Virus record (IMG/VR): IMGVR_UViG_3300035501_000922
Direction: 5' to 3' (one strand)
From: a virus
Taxonomy: Duplodnaviria; Caudoviricetes
Length of the DNA stretch: 64,000 nt
In this document: in pieces, positions 51,876-61,985 of the stretch
Position numbering within the stretch: the stretch's first letter is position 1
Layout: each line of letters opens with the position of its first letter
The notes under the pieces: model-generated
What the model was told of the DNA's origin: nothing
The model's input: only the letters and a program-made list of their open reading frames with translations
The model's database searches: none
Translations under genes and position numbers: made by a program

Positions 51876-52646
51876 ATGGAAAACAATAAGAATGAGTTGG
51901 CAATTATGATTAATTTGCCAGGAATTGTGGAAAGGAAGGTCTGCTTGTTTGACTTCACTGGTGACCTGTACCATGATTATGAACAAGAAGAGTTAGACGC
52001 AATAGTTGAAGACTATTACAGGCGTCTTGATGATAAGGGGATGTCGGTCGATGAAAGGAAGTGGGAATTCGAGAAAATAACCGCGGAAGCTCGAAAGCGG
52101 CGTCGTAGTAAAGAATACGAGAGCATGCACAATGAGTATATGGCATATGTCGATACGTGCATTAGCATAGGCAAAGAGCCTCATACTGCTGAAGAGTGGT
52201 ATGCCGTGAAGGACGCCACTCGGTTAAAAAGAGACCGGTACAAAAGGATACTGACCAATACAAAGTTTCTATCAATCTTTGTAGCTATTATACTTGTTGT
52301 AAATTGGGTATTTTTCTCAGCGAAAATACCTGAGGTGCACGACGTGCAGAAAGATGGGCTACAAAAGATGTATGTCAACGTTATGATTGACAGTTCATTT
52401 GTGAGTTCATCAACGGATTCGTATAATAAGACGGTCCGTATTAAAAACGTGGACAATGCGATAGAGTATGTAGAAACATACTATCCACTAACGTTTGTGA
52501 AATATCGCAAAAAAGATCTGCGAAAAGAAATAACCAAATTAAATAACACAGACATCTTCGGTGAATTTACTGAAGATGAATACATAGTAATCCCCGTGTT
52601 GTTTAATCCTGATGACGAGGTGTCATCAAATATATCAAAGGCGTAA
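51876..52646 (+). CDS. Membrane-anchored protein with a C-terminal LysM-like domain
   Basis: TM 'FLSIFVAIILVVNWVFF'. C-terminal 'DLRKEITKLNN.......EYIVIPV'. Early-type promoter at 51803-51814, RBS AAGGAGG. Confidence 0.55.
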   Translation: MENNKNELAIMINLPGIVERKVCLFDFTGDLYHDYEQEELDAIVEDYYRRLDDKGMSVDERKWEFEKITAEARKRRRSKEYESMHNEYMAYVDTCISIGKEPHTAEEWYAVKDATRLKRDRYKRILTNTKFLSIFVAIILVVNWVFFSAKIPEVHDVQKDGLQKMYVNVMIDSSFVSSSTDSYNKTVRIKNVDNAIEYVETYYPLTFVKYRKKDLRKEITKLNNTDIFGEFTEDEYIVIPVLFNPDDEVSSNISKA

Positions 52647-52682
52647 AAGAGAGAGAGTGTGTAAAAGCACTCTCTCTTTTTT
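52645..52682. terminator. Bidirectional terminator
   Basis: aaaagagagagagtg/cactctctctttt between convergent genes. Confidence 0.75.
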
Positions 52683-53308
52683 TATATTAATTTCTTATTT
52701 AATTCGAGAACTCCAAAGTCATTTGAATCATACAGTAATGATCTATCTATATAACGATTTAACTGTTCTCTGTATTCATCAGAAATGGCATCAGCATATT
52801 TATCTATAAATTCTTTAAGATTACCATATGCTTGACGTTGATTTATAAAGATATTACCATTATGAATTTGCTCATGCACAGTCGTACTTACCATTACAAT
52901 CTGTATTCTATTTTTTTGGTGTTCGTCTAATACTGCATCAGCAATTCTTGCAGTACTTATTTTCCATTTTTTTAATATGAAGTATTCTAGTACTATTGCA
53001 CAATAATCGAATAATGTAAATATAGGACCATGATGCATTTCAATACTTGCATCTTCATCTGTTATATTTTTAAAGACCTGACATCTATCAAGCTTTACTT
53101 CTTTTTTTAGATATCTTATATACTTATTATATCTGTCATTGGTTCGCACTAATCTTTCACAACCCCTGATAAAATTTACATAACTCTCATAGTTACTAAA
53201 ATAATTAGTATCCTTATAGTATGGGATATTATAAAATGATGACTTTGCATCTATAATAGGGGTTATGTTAGATTTATCATATATTATATCTGGTAATGAT
53301 TTTGCCAT
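52682..53308 (-). CDS. HNH-like protein, paralog of 44536-45219
   Basis: 'IEMHHGPIFTLFDY...VMVSTTVHEQIH'. GACA-N6-TA promoter at 53340-53351. Confidence 0.55.
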   Translation of the reverse strand: MAKSLPDIIYDKSNITPIIDAKSSFYNIPYYKDTNYFSNYESYVNFIRGCERLVRTNDRYNKYIRYLKKEVKLDRCQVFKNITDEDASIEMHHGPIFTLFDYCAIVLEYFILKKWKISTARIADAVLDEHQKNRIQIVMVSTTVHEQIHNGNIFINQRQAYGNLKEFIDKYADAISDEYREQLNRYIDRSLLYDSNDFGVLELNKKLI

Positions 53309-53424
53309 TTTAATTCCTCCCGTAAATACATAAATAAATTATATCAATGTCGATTAAATAAAAAAATCGCTATTTTCTTGTAGACAATTCCTTAATAAAC
53401 TTCATTAAAGGAGCTGAATACGTA

Positions 53425-56400
53425 ATGAGTTTAGACTACATAAATCCAATGACAAATTTATATAAAGAATTTCTTGTTATATTACAAAAGATTGTCATTA
53501 AATATAATTATTTAGCCGATACATATGAAACTGTTGAAATGACTCGAAAAGCTAATGAGTATTTGGATGCAGTTGAGAAAAAGGATACCTTTTTCACGTA
53601 TCGTGATTATACTTATGAAGATTTTGATGCAGTTAAACTTTTTGATTATGATATAAGGAAAAAAGCTGTTACTGATATTCGTGCTATACCTGTAGATAAT
53701 TACAATGAAAAGACAGGCATAGGTACTCAGTATAGGCAGAAGCTTTTAGAATTACGTCGTAAAAAAGTCATAGAAGAATATGAAGAACAGAATAACTATT
53801 ATAGAATGTTAAATGGTCAGCCTGATACAGATGCTGACCCTCGCTATTTTTTCTATGTGACAGATGAAATAGCTGAAGAGTATGGAATTGACCCCACTAT
53901 TCCAATACATGAATTACAAGATTACTATAATAATCTTGACCCTGATTTTCCAGACCATGGTGACCAGATTATGGCTATTCTTGAAGGTATTGGTTATATT
54001 GATACTGTCAAGAATGCATCAAGAGAAAAGAGAAACCTGATATATGGTGGTTCCATCTGTGGTGGCTCTGGTGCTATGGTTACAGCTTCATTGACAACAG
54101 CTGCAAGAGCTGAACTAGGGATAACATCAATGAGAATTAATCTCACTAATGATGCGAGTCCTATTACCGGATATAAAGCTAATGAAAATCTTTATTATAA
54201 TGCTGCAACAATTAGTTCGTTTGCTGGTCTTGATATACAACCGGGTGACTGGGTTATGTCAACAGGTAGTAAATGGAAGAAAGTTGATAGCGACGTAGAT
54301 ATACAGGGTGAAAGCGATACCTGTGAGGGTTATTTGAATTATCTGGGTTCACAGAGAATTAGTATATTAACTGCTCGTAAAGCTAAAAACTTTGAGATAC
54401 TTCGTCTAGATAAAAATCTTATTCGTACGAATGTTTATGATACATTTGTAGATATATACAATCAGTGTCGTGACTATATGGTAACCGTAGTATATCAGTA
54501 TGACTTCAGGTCATTTATGAGTTATTATGATAACTTCATTGCTATGTGCATTATGCTTATGGCTGAACTTCATCTTATAACTAAACAAATACCATATGAA
54601 GTTAGAAGAAACTTTTTTGATGTATATGCATTACGTATGCTTTATGAAGCATATAATATGCCGTATGATATATATGTAGATATAGATACACAAAACCTGA
54701 TTGCTCAGAACCTGAATATGATTATTATTAATAAGGCTACTAATAAAGTTATTTATGACGTAGCTAATTTACTAGGATTCAGTAACTTAACAGCGTATAA
54801 ATATTATCTTGCTAAGCAACATAAACTTGACCCTTATGGTAATCCTATATTCAAGACTACTGAAAGATTTAATACTGATACGGGAGAGTTAGAAACGGTT
54901 CCTGATTATGATACAATGTATGATATCTATTTCCAAAAAGAAGAATTAATGGAAGATGATTTTATACAGTCATTCAATAGTAAGGTAAACCGTGTTGAGT
55001 ATAATGTCATAACTCCGAATGATGCATTCTGGTGGGAAGACCAAAACTTAATTGATAGAAAGAATGAAACCGACTATAACTTTGTGGAAAGCAAATATTT
55101 AAGTTTGGGTCTTTCATATAAAATGACTGATGTTTTATTTGAAAATGTCATTCTGTTAAAAACTGTAATGTATTATAAAAACGAACTTAGTGATATTAGC
55201 ATATCACTTCCTAAGATTATAACAGGTGCTCCTGTTCCTTTATTCGATGCTATAATTCTTTTAATTTGTCTTGTAAGTAAGAAGCATAACCTGACTGGTG
55301 AGATTATCTCTATACCAACTGATATTATATCAGTTTTGGATTATTTGAATAATATGGAAAGTAGTCGTGGTTTAGTTGATACATTTGCATTCGATTTTGA
55401 TTATTTCAAAACTGATGAAGGACAAGATGAAATTGAAAAAGTTAAAGAGTGTTTGGGTAAAATAGCAGTTGGTTTATTTGACAGCACGGGTGGATACTAT
55501 GTTTTTGATGACCCAACCTATAGCTATTATAATAGTTTTGATGAGAAAGTTGAAAGTGATATTAGCACTGATGTAGTGGCAGAACTCATGAAGATGGGTG
55601 AATTAACTACAGGTGAAGTTGATGTACATGGTGATGACGTTGATTTATTCGAAGAATACATCAGCGTACTATCATTAGATTCTGTTAGTGGACGTGCTGA
55701 AAAAATAGAGACTCTTAATAAAATCTATACGAATATTAAAGGTCTCTATAAGTTCTTAAATGAAAAGATGATTGATGCTTCTGATAAAGAAACATATGAC
55801 ACTTTGAGAACGTTCTATAATGCTGCATTTTATGCTAAAGAAGTAAAAGATATATTTACAATTCAGTGGAGAGACAGTACGGGAGAAACTCACCAGAGAA
55901 CTGCAAAGAACTTTTTTGAATATTTATATTACAAAAACCGTAGTTTATATCTATCTATTTTCTATATGGATTTTGAAAATGAGTATGATAAGTTCCTTAA
56001 CAATAATACATTCCCCACACTTATTCATAGTACATCCGATAATCCTGATTCTCTTTTAGTAATAGATGACGATGATAATATGACTGGACCTTCAATTAAA
56101 TTATCTGAGGTACAGAAGTATGTACCAAATGCAAGGGTTGGCGATAGAGTTGAAATATGTCCTGAACCAACTTATGCTGAATTTACTGATAAACTTAATG
56201 CAGGTTTAATTGATGTATCATTTGATGTGATGAAAGAGATTACAGAAGGAGAGAGTAACAATGAAAGTGCAATGAGTGCTACTATCTATTATTACGTAAA
56301 TCATATTATCTCGAAATTTAAAAATATAGTAGATAATATTGACTATTCATATATGCTTAATGATGTATCAACTTTATTACAGGACTTATTGATTAAACTG

Positions 56401-57468
56401 ATCAAATTTGTCAAATCGTTTACTGTAGATTTTATTGGTCTTGATATCATATTTGTATGTGATTTTAAGCCTGAGAATCTTCTCAGATTAATTGATAAAG
56501 TTCATTATATTGAAAAAACCATAGAACCAAAAGAAACTATGAACTTTAGTTTCTGGGATACTATATCAGTTACTGCTAATAAAACGATATATGACAGAAA
56601 TAAACTAAGAGACAATATTGCTAAACCATGGTTTACAGACCCCGATAATTCAACAGATATTCCGTCTAGACGAGGAATGATTGCTTTATTTGATTCAACA
56701 TCAACTAAAACTGATTTGAGTATTGGCTACTCATTATCGAATGTTGATGAATCAAACGGCAATATGTTGCTAAATTTGTATGTTCCGAGAGCGGAATTAG
56801 TTGATGATTCATATAATATTAATTATGATGACTATACAAATAATCCAAGCTCATACAAGGGAATTATTCCTACTATTACATCAAATGATGCACATAGTGT
56901 GATTCCTGATAGTTATGCATACACAGTATATCTTATATGCAAAACAGATGATATTGATGATGTAACAGGATTTCCTGATGCTGGTCAAGGACCTAGTGTA
57001 AGATTCCTGAGTACACCATTGGTGGATATATATAGTGGACTTGGGACTACTACATTAAACATTCGTGAGTTTGTACCATCTGATAGTAATGATACATTAA
57101 GTAATGACCACGTAGAAATACTTACAAATAAAGATGCTAGAGAGTGGCATATAATTGCATTATCTCAAACATCCAATACAGTTCGTGTATTTATTGATGG
57201 AGAACGTTGCTTAGATCATACCTTTAATCAAAGGTCAATTGGAGATGGCACTACGAATGATTTCCAATGTTATACTATGCCTAATAACTTTACTGGTAAA
57301 GGGTTTAAAGATGTTTTAAATGGATATTCATATTATTCGTGTGGTATTCAATTTAAAATGATGTGTATAGCAAATGTTAATCATAATGGTGCTGAATTAC
57401 AAGAAAATTCAAAATGGTTTGCACATAAATATGGGATTCAAATAAATAATAAGATTCCTATACTCTAA
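53425..57468 (+). CDS. Large baseplate/virion structural protein with modules B and A and a C-terminal LamG/ConA-like domain
   Basis: 1347 aa. 'E.NNYYRMLNG.P' and 'I.NKAT.KV...V..LLG' baseplate-like segments. C-terminal 'WHIIAL....VRVFIDG' LamG motif. Promoter GACA-N6-TA at 53383-53394. Confidence 0.6.
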   Translation: MSLDYINPMTNLYKEFLVILQKIVIKYNYLADTYETVEMTRKANEYLDAVEKKDTFFTYRDYTYEDFDAVKLFDYDIRKKAVTDIRAIPVDNYNEKTGIGTQYRQKLLELRRKKVIEEYEEQNNYYRMLNGQPDTDADPRYFFYVTDEIAEEYGIDPTIPIHELQDYYNNLDPDFPDHGDQIMAILEGIGYIDTVKNASREKRNLIYGGSICGGSGAMVTASLTTAARAELGITSMRINLTNDASPITGYKANENLYYNAATISSFAGLDIQPGDWVMSTGSKWKKVDSDVDIQGESDTCEGYLNYLGSQRISILTARKAKNFEILRLDKNLIRTNVYDTFVDIYNQCRDYMVTVVYQYDFRSFMSYYDNFIAMCIMLMAELHLITKQIPYEVRRNFFDVYALRMLYEAYNMPYDIYVDIDTQNLIAQNLNMIIINKATNKVIYDVANLLGFSNLTAYKYYLAKQHKLDPYGNPIFKTTERFNTDTGELETVPDYDTMYDIYFQKEELMEDDFIQSFNSKVNRVEYNVITPNDAFWWEDQNLIDRKNETDYNFVESKYLSLGLSYKMTDVLFENVILLKTVMYYKNELSDISISLPKIITGAPVPLFDAIILLICLVSKKHNLTGEIISIPTDIISVLDYLNNMESSRGLVDTFAFDFDYFKTDEGQDEIEKVKECLGKIAVGLFDSTGGYYVFDDPTYSYYNSFDEKVESDISTDVVAELMKMGELTTGEVDVHGDDVDLFEEYISVLSLDSVSGRAEKIETLNKIYTNIKGLYKFLNEKMIDASDKETYDTLRTFYNAAFYAKEVKDIFTIQWRDSTGETHQRTAKNFFEYLYYKNRSLYLSIFYMDFENEYDKFLNNNTFPTLIHSTSDNPDSLLVIDDDDNMTGPSIKLSEVQKYVPNARVGDRVEICPEPTYAEFTDKLNAGLIDVSFDVMKEITEGESNNESAMSATIYYYVNHIISKFKNIVDNIDYSYMLNDVSTLLQDLLIKLIKFVKSFTVDFIGLDIIFVCDFKPENLLRLIDKVHYIEKTIEPKETMNFSFWDTISVTANKTIYDRNKLRDNIAKPWFTDPDNSTDIPSRRGMIALFDSTSTKTDLSIGYSLSNVDESNGNMLLNLYVPRAELVDDSYNINYDDYTNNPSSYKGIIPTITSNDAHSVIPDSYAYTVYLICKTDDIDDVTGFPDAGQGPSVRFLSTPLVDIYSGLGTTTLNIREFVPSDSNDTLSNDHVEILTNKDAREWHIIALSQTSNTVRVFIDGERCLDHTFNQRSIGDGTTNDFQCYTMPNNFTGKGFKDVLNGYSYYSCGIQFKMMCIANVNHNGAELQENSKWFAHKYGIQINNKIPIL

Positions 57469-57513
57469 AAAACAATATATTTAAATACTATATATGAGAA
57501 AGGAATGATATGA

Positions 57514-58563
57514 ATGTCAAAAATCTTATCTGACAGACTTAATTTAACTGATAAGAAAGAGAAGCAAGCATCTATTCCGATGCCTGATTTTCCTGATATA
57601 TTAAAACATTCACCTACCTTATGGAAAAAAACCGAGGTTCTCTGTAGTAATGGACCTATTATATCAAACCCGAATGGTAAATCGTCATTTGCTCCGGGTT
57701 GTCCTTTTACGCAGTCATCTAACATGGTTCCCATAGGTGGTGTTCAATATGTTATGGAGCAATTATTTGGCGTACAAGGTGAAATAGATATTCCTACATT
57801 ATATGATTTAACAGATAGCAGTAATACAACCATCTCTCATCCTACTAAGTATGAAAAACCTGTAGGACCAGTTAATTCAGTTCCTGCAACTGATACTTAT
57901 CAAACTCCTGATGGTACAAAGACTGTTATTTATAGACCGGGGCATTTAGTACAGCTTTTCGGTATTGGTATCACAGGTACCGCTGAAAATGATATTACTG
58001 TATTCCCTGTTAACTATAGAGAAAATTCTATTGACAGTACAATCGCCAGTGAAGATGGACAAACGATAAAAGGAACAATGGTTCCTTTCAGATATACATC
58101 TACACAGCTTAAGCAGACTGATGAAAGAAAACAATACTTTGGTAAGGTAAAGAATGATGATGGTATTATTTCGTATTATCTTAAGAAGTTTGAATCAGAC
58201 CCTGTAATTAAGCATGTATGGAAGATTGGCGAAGATACCGAAATTGAAGATGAAGAGAATATCGTATCTTCCGAAGATATATGGCAAAATACTTCTAGTT
58301 TAAATGCTGTAGAATCATTTACTGAGATTTTCCTTAAGATTAGTAAGAAAGATACTAAAGAATGGTTTGGTGCTTTAAACCAAGAAGATAGAGCTCGTGT
58401 TAATACGATTGCTTTATTTAGTGGAAGATATATAACTACTGGTACTCTTGATACAGATGGAGATTACCAAGATGTAAGATTATTCTCTAAGTTGAACATT
58501 CCTGTTGAGTATCTCACATTATCAAAAGATTTGAACATTATTTACCGTGTATACGGTGCATAA
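57514..58563 (+). CDS. Putative virion structural (baseplate/tail-fibre attachment) protein
   Basis: 349 aa, follows the baseplate-like gene. C-terminal 'VNTIALFSG...LFSKLN......KDL.IIYR'. Confidence 0.5.
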   Translation: MSKILSDRLNLTDKKEKQASIPMPDFPDILKHSPTLWKKTEVLCSNGPIISNPNGKSSFAPGCPFTQSSNMVPIGGVQYVMEQLFGVQGEIDIPTLYDLTDSSNTTISHPTKYEKPVGPVNSVPATDTYQTPDGTKTVIYRPGHLVQLFGIGITGTAENDITVFPVNYRENSIDSTIASEDGQTIKGTMVPFRYTSTQLKQTDERKQYFGKVKNDDGIISYYLKKFESDPVIKHVWKIGEDTEIEDEENIVSSEDIWQNTSSLNAVESFTEIFLKISKKDTKEWFGALNQEDRARVNTIALFSGRYITTGTLDTDGDYQDVRLFSKLNIPVEYLTLSKDLNIIYRVYGA

Positions 58564-58587
58564 CACAATTTGAAATTTATACTTGGG

Positions 58588-58599
58588 TTATATATTATT
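58588..58599 (+). promoter_or_regulatory. Early-type promoter TTATATATTATT
   Basis: Upstream of the tubulin gene and followed by a 5' hairpin. Confidence 0.65.
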
Positions 58600-58661
58600 C
58601 TATGGTATAATCGTTTTATTATACCATAAAAAATATTTTAATGAAAGGAGGACTCGTTCCT

Positions 58662-59807
58662 ATGTTAAAAGTAGGTATTGTCGGTATCGGTAACACAGGT
58701 AATCAGGTTGCCGCTTTAGCTCAGAATGAATTAAAGATTCCTGTTCTGGCTATTAATAGTAGTGAGAAAGACCTTGAAACCGTACCAGATGGAGTTCCAA
58801 AAAAGTTGATTTCTAGTGCTGATGGTTTATCACAGGGTGCTGGAAAAAACAGATCACTCGCAAAGAGTTATTTGAAAGATTCTATTATGCAGTTTCTTTC
58901 GTCTGAAGAAATTCAGTCATTCATTAACAGTTTAGATGTGTTTTTTATAGTTAGTTCTACAGGTGGTGGTACTGGTTCAGGTACTGCACCTCTTATGGCT
59001 AATATTATTCAAGCTACATTTACTGATGTTAAGGTAATTTTGGTTGGTGTGCTTCCTGTAAATAATGAGGCACTGAGTGCACATGTAAATACCCTTGAGT
59101 ATTTGAATGAGTTGTACACAGCACTGAGCAACCAAACATATATGTTGTATGATAACGATAAACTCTCGAATATGCCATCTTATCAAATGATGGAACAGGT
59201 AAACAAAGAAATCGTTGAGGATATCAATGTTATCAGATGTACATATAATCTGACTACAAGATTCGATTCAATTGATGAGCAGGACATGATGCGTCTTATT
59301 TCATTCCCCGGTCGTATTGTCATTTCTAGACTTCAAAATATTGCCGAGAAGGATTGTGATTCTAAGAGTCTTGAAGATATGCTCATCGATAATATCAAGA
59401 AGAACTGTCATGTTGAAGCTCAGCGTGATAAGAAGATTACAGCTTCTGGCATTATTACAAATCTTTCGAAGACATTATCGGAGAATTTCGATAACCATAT
59501 TCCAAAGGTTCGTGAATTCATAGGTGACCCTATCCATGATTTTAATCATATTTATATTAATGAGGATAGGAAACTTCCTAACAATGTTTTCCTGATTTTA
59601 TCAGGTTTAACTCCTGTTAACGACAAGATACACAGAATTAGTGACCGTGTCGAGGAGATTGAGGAAAAGCAGAAAGCTTTGGAAGAAGAGAATGCCTTGA
59701 ATGAAATTGATATGGGTAAACTTAGTGGTAAGGTAGCTTCTAAGGATAACAAAGCAAGTGATGCTACTACGGTTGACCTTCAGGGTATTTTTAACAAGTT
59801 TATGTAA
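58662..59807 (+). CDS. Tubulin/FtsZ-family GTPase (PhuZ/TubZ-like)
   Basis: 'VGIGNTGNQVA', 'GAGKN' and the tubulin signature 'GGGTGSG', plus 'YDND'. Start ATG 58662 behind AAGGAGG. Confidence 0.9.
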   Translation: MLKVGIVGIGNTGNQVAALAQNELKIPVLAINSSEKDLETVPDGVPKKLISSADGLSQGAGKNRSLAKSYLKDSIMQFLSSEEIQSFINSLDVFFIVSSTGGGTGSGTAPLMANIIQATFTDVKVILVGVLPVNNEALSAHVNTLEYLNELYTALSNQTYMLYDNDKLSNMPSYQMMEQVNKEIVEDINVIRCTYNLTTRFDSIDEQDMMRLISFPGRIVISRLQNIAEKDCDSKSLEDMLIDNIKKNCHVEAQRDKKITASGIITNLSKTLSENFDNHIPKVREFIGDPIHDFNHIYINEDRKLPNNVFLILSGLTPVNDKIHRISDRVEEIEEKQKALEEENALNEIDMGKLSGKVASKDNKASDATTVDLQGIFNKFM

Positions 59808-59943
59808 GAATTGTATTGAAATAATACATTATCTATTCGGTATGTGGATGGTATGATAATAATATTTTATCATACCATCCACATATATCTAACCTTAAAA
59901 ATGGTTTTAAGAAAAATCTAATTGTTGAAAGGAGTTTTAAACC

Positions 59944-60906
59944 ATGGCTAAAAATGGCGGCGATAATAATCGCAAGGTGAAAATCAGTGAAGACGCAAAG
60001 GAGTTTGCAAAATTAACACTGAAAAAGTTTAAGAAGGAAAGCGACGGTTACTACGATTCAAAGAAGGAGCTGAAGCAGAGTTATCAGCTGTATCTTATTG
60101 ACCTTCTTCCGAAGACAATCGAGTTCGTTGTTAAGTTCGGTTATATCAAAGATGATACCGTGCAAGAAACCAAGGAAGCAATTTATGCTAAGCTTGTTGA
60201 TGAGGATTTCGTAAAAGTTCTTAAGAAAGAAATTAAGAACGGCAACAAGATTGAGAATATCAAGCTGCTTCCTATTATTATTAAAGACATACTTCTGCAG
60301 GCGGAAAAATCAAATGCTGAGCTGTTAGCAAATGACCCGAATGCAAAAATCTATGATATGTCGGATCTTGTAGAGCTTACTCAGTTGATTCTTAAGAAGA
60401 GACTGAAGAAGATGGCAAAGGCAGGTATTGATGAGAACATTGCATTTGATACCCTGTCTATTATTCCGACTGATATTGCTCTTAAGAGCAGTCAGAATTA
60501 TCGTATTCATATGTTCTATGAGTGCCTGTATGAGCATTCTAAGAGCAAGGTTATTCCCTTCAATGATATTATGAAAGTTATTGTTGATGAGGAATATTAT
60601 CCGATGTTTATCGCATTCGCTTTACTTGAGCGTAAAGAAAAGTTTGGTAAGCTTACGGATAACCAGAAAACATTCTACCTTGCAGTATCTTCATGGTGTT
60701 TCGATACAATGGAGAAACTGAATAAAGATGTAATCAGAGCTATTATCACGTCCTTTATTCGTGGTCGTCAGAGAGACGAATCTAAGAATAATGATTCTAA
60801 TAGACGTTACGCTCTTGGTTCACTGTCAGAAACAGATTATCCGAGAATCGCTAAGACGATTAAAGCAATGATTGCCGAGAACGATTCAATCAAGAAGTAT
60901 TTCTGA
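59944..60906 (+). CDS. Hypothetical protein
   Basis: 320-aa helical ORF, RBS GAAAGGAG. Early-like promoter at 59822-59833. Confidence 0.75.
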   Translation: MAKNGGDNNRKVKISEDAKEFAKLTLKKFKKESDGYYDSKKELKQSYQLYLIDLLPKTIEFVVKFGYIKDDTVQETKEAIYAKLVDEDFVKVLKKEIKNGNKIENIKLLPIIIKDILLQAEKSNAELLANDPNAKIYDMSDLVELTQLILKKRLKKMAKAGIDENIAFDTLSIIPTDIALKSSQNYRIHMFYECLYEHSKSKVIPFNDIMKVIVDEEYYPMFIAFALLERKEKFGKLTDNQKTFYLAVSSWCFDTMEKLNKDVIRAIITSFIRGRQRDESKNNDSNRRYALGSLSETDYPRIAKTIKAMIAENDSIKKYF

Positions 60907-61010
60907 TAAAACAGAATAATTAAATGCTGAAGCTACATCGACTATTAAGTATGGTCGATGTATGCGTAAGCATATTTTTTTATATTTTATAAATAGAAAG
61001 GATTTTTGAA

Positions 61011-61985
61011 ATGATTTATCACTTTAGTATTGGTGCTTATAAGCACTACAATGATGCGGAGAATAATGCGACTATAATGAAAGACGAGCATGACAACTCT
61101 TTCATTTCTCTCAATGCAATTAATCAGAGAATTAGAATTACATCTGGATGTCATTCTCTTCAGTCTGTTACCAGTGACGATTTTTTAATTAGCAGTAACA
61201 GTTTTGCAACAGTGAATGACGCCGATATTCTTCCTTATATGGTGACAAAATTCTCCTTAGGTGATGCATTAGATAGTGAATATCGATGGGTAAATAATAG
61301 CAAGAATATGAACCCGATGTTTATTTCTAATCGTAAGCCAAAGGATGCAGATACAAAGAACGAGCAGATTATTGCTTATATTACACTTGACCCGAGAGTT
61401 AAGGTTCTGAGTTATTCTACTAAGTACAGTATTCTTCAGACATATGGAAAGAAGGATTACTACACCGGTTGTACAATCGTATTAAATCGTGATGATATTA
61501 CTGTCGGTGAAGAAAATGTACTTATGACAATTAAGTTTGTTGACACTACTACACACAGATATAAGGTTGCTAACATCAGTATTGATGAAGCAGGAAAGCC
61601 TACAATGAATATTGAAGATGTAGTTGGCGATGAAGTTAGCAAGATGAGATTTAATGACAGAAAGTATAAGTCGAGTCTGAGATTCAGATATAAGACTAAG
61701 AAGAAGCAGCTTCTTACCTCGTACTATATCTGCGAAAAGTATCAGGAGCAGTTTGTTAGAGACCTCGTTAAGGATTTACATAATCCGACAGTTATGACTG
61801 TAGATACTCCCTTTGATGAATCAAATAGTAATGTAGTTGATTTGCTGAATACACTTTCGGAAAATCATGTAAAGGCTATTACAACCATCGGAGTAGATAT
61901 TCCTCTTGATGTTCTTAAGAAGCATAAGATTTTCAATGTATTTGAATATGATATTGAAAAGGAAATTCTTAAGTGTAAAAGATAA
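61011..61985 (+). CDS. Hypothetical protein
   Basis: 324-aa ORF, RBS GAAAGGA. Confidence 0.75.
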   Translation: MIYHFSIGAYKHYNDAENNATIMKDEHDNSFISLNAINQRIRITSGCHSLQSVTSDDFLISSNSFATVNDADILPYMVTKFSLGDALDSEYRWVNNSKNMNPMFISNRKPKDADTKNEQIIAYITLDPRVKVLSYSTKYSILQTYGKKDYYTGCTIVLNRDDITVGEENVLMTIKFVDTTTHRYKVANISIDEAGKPTMNIEDVVGDEVSKMRFNDRKYKSSLRFRYKTKKKQLLTSYYICEKYQEQFVRDLVKDLHNPTVMTVDTPFDESNSNVVDLLNTLSENHVKAITTIGVDIPLDVLKKHKIFNVFEYDIEKEILKCKR

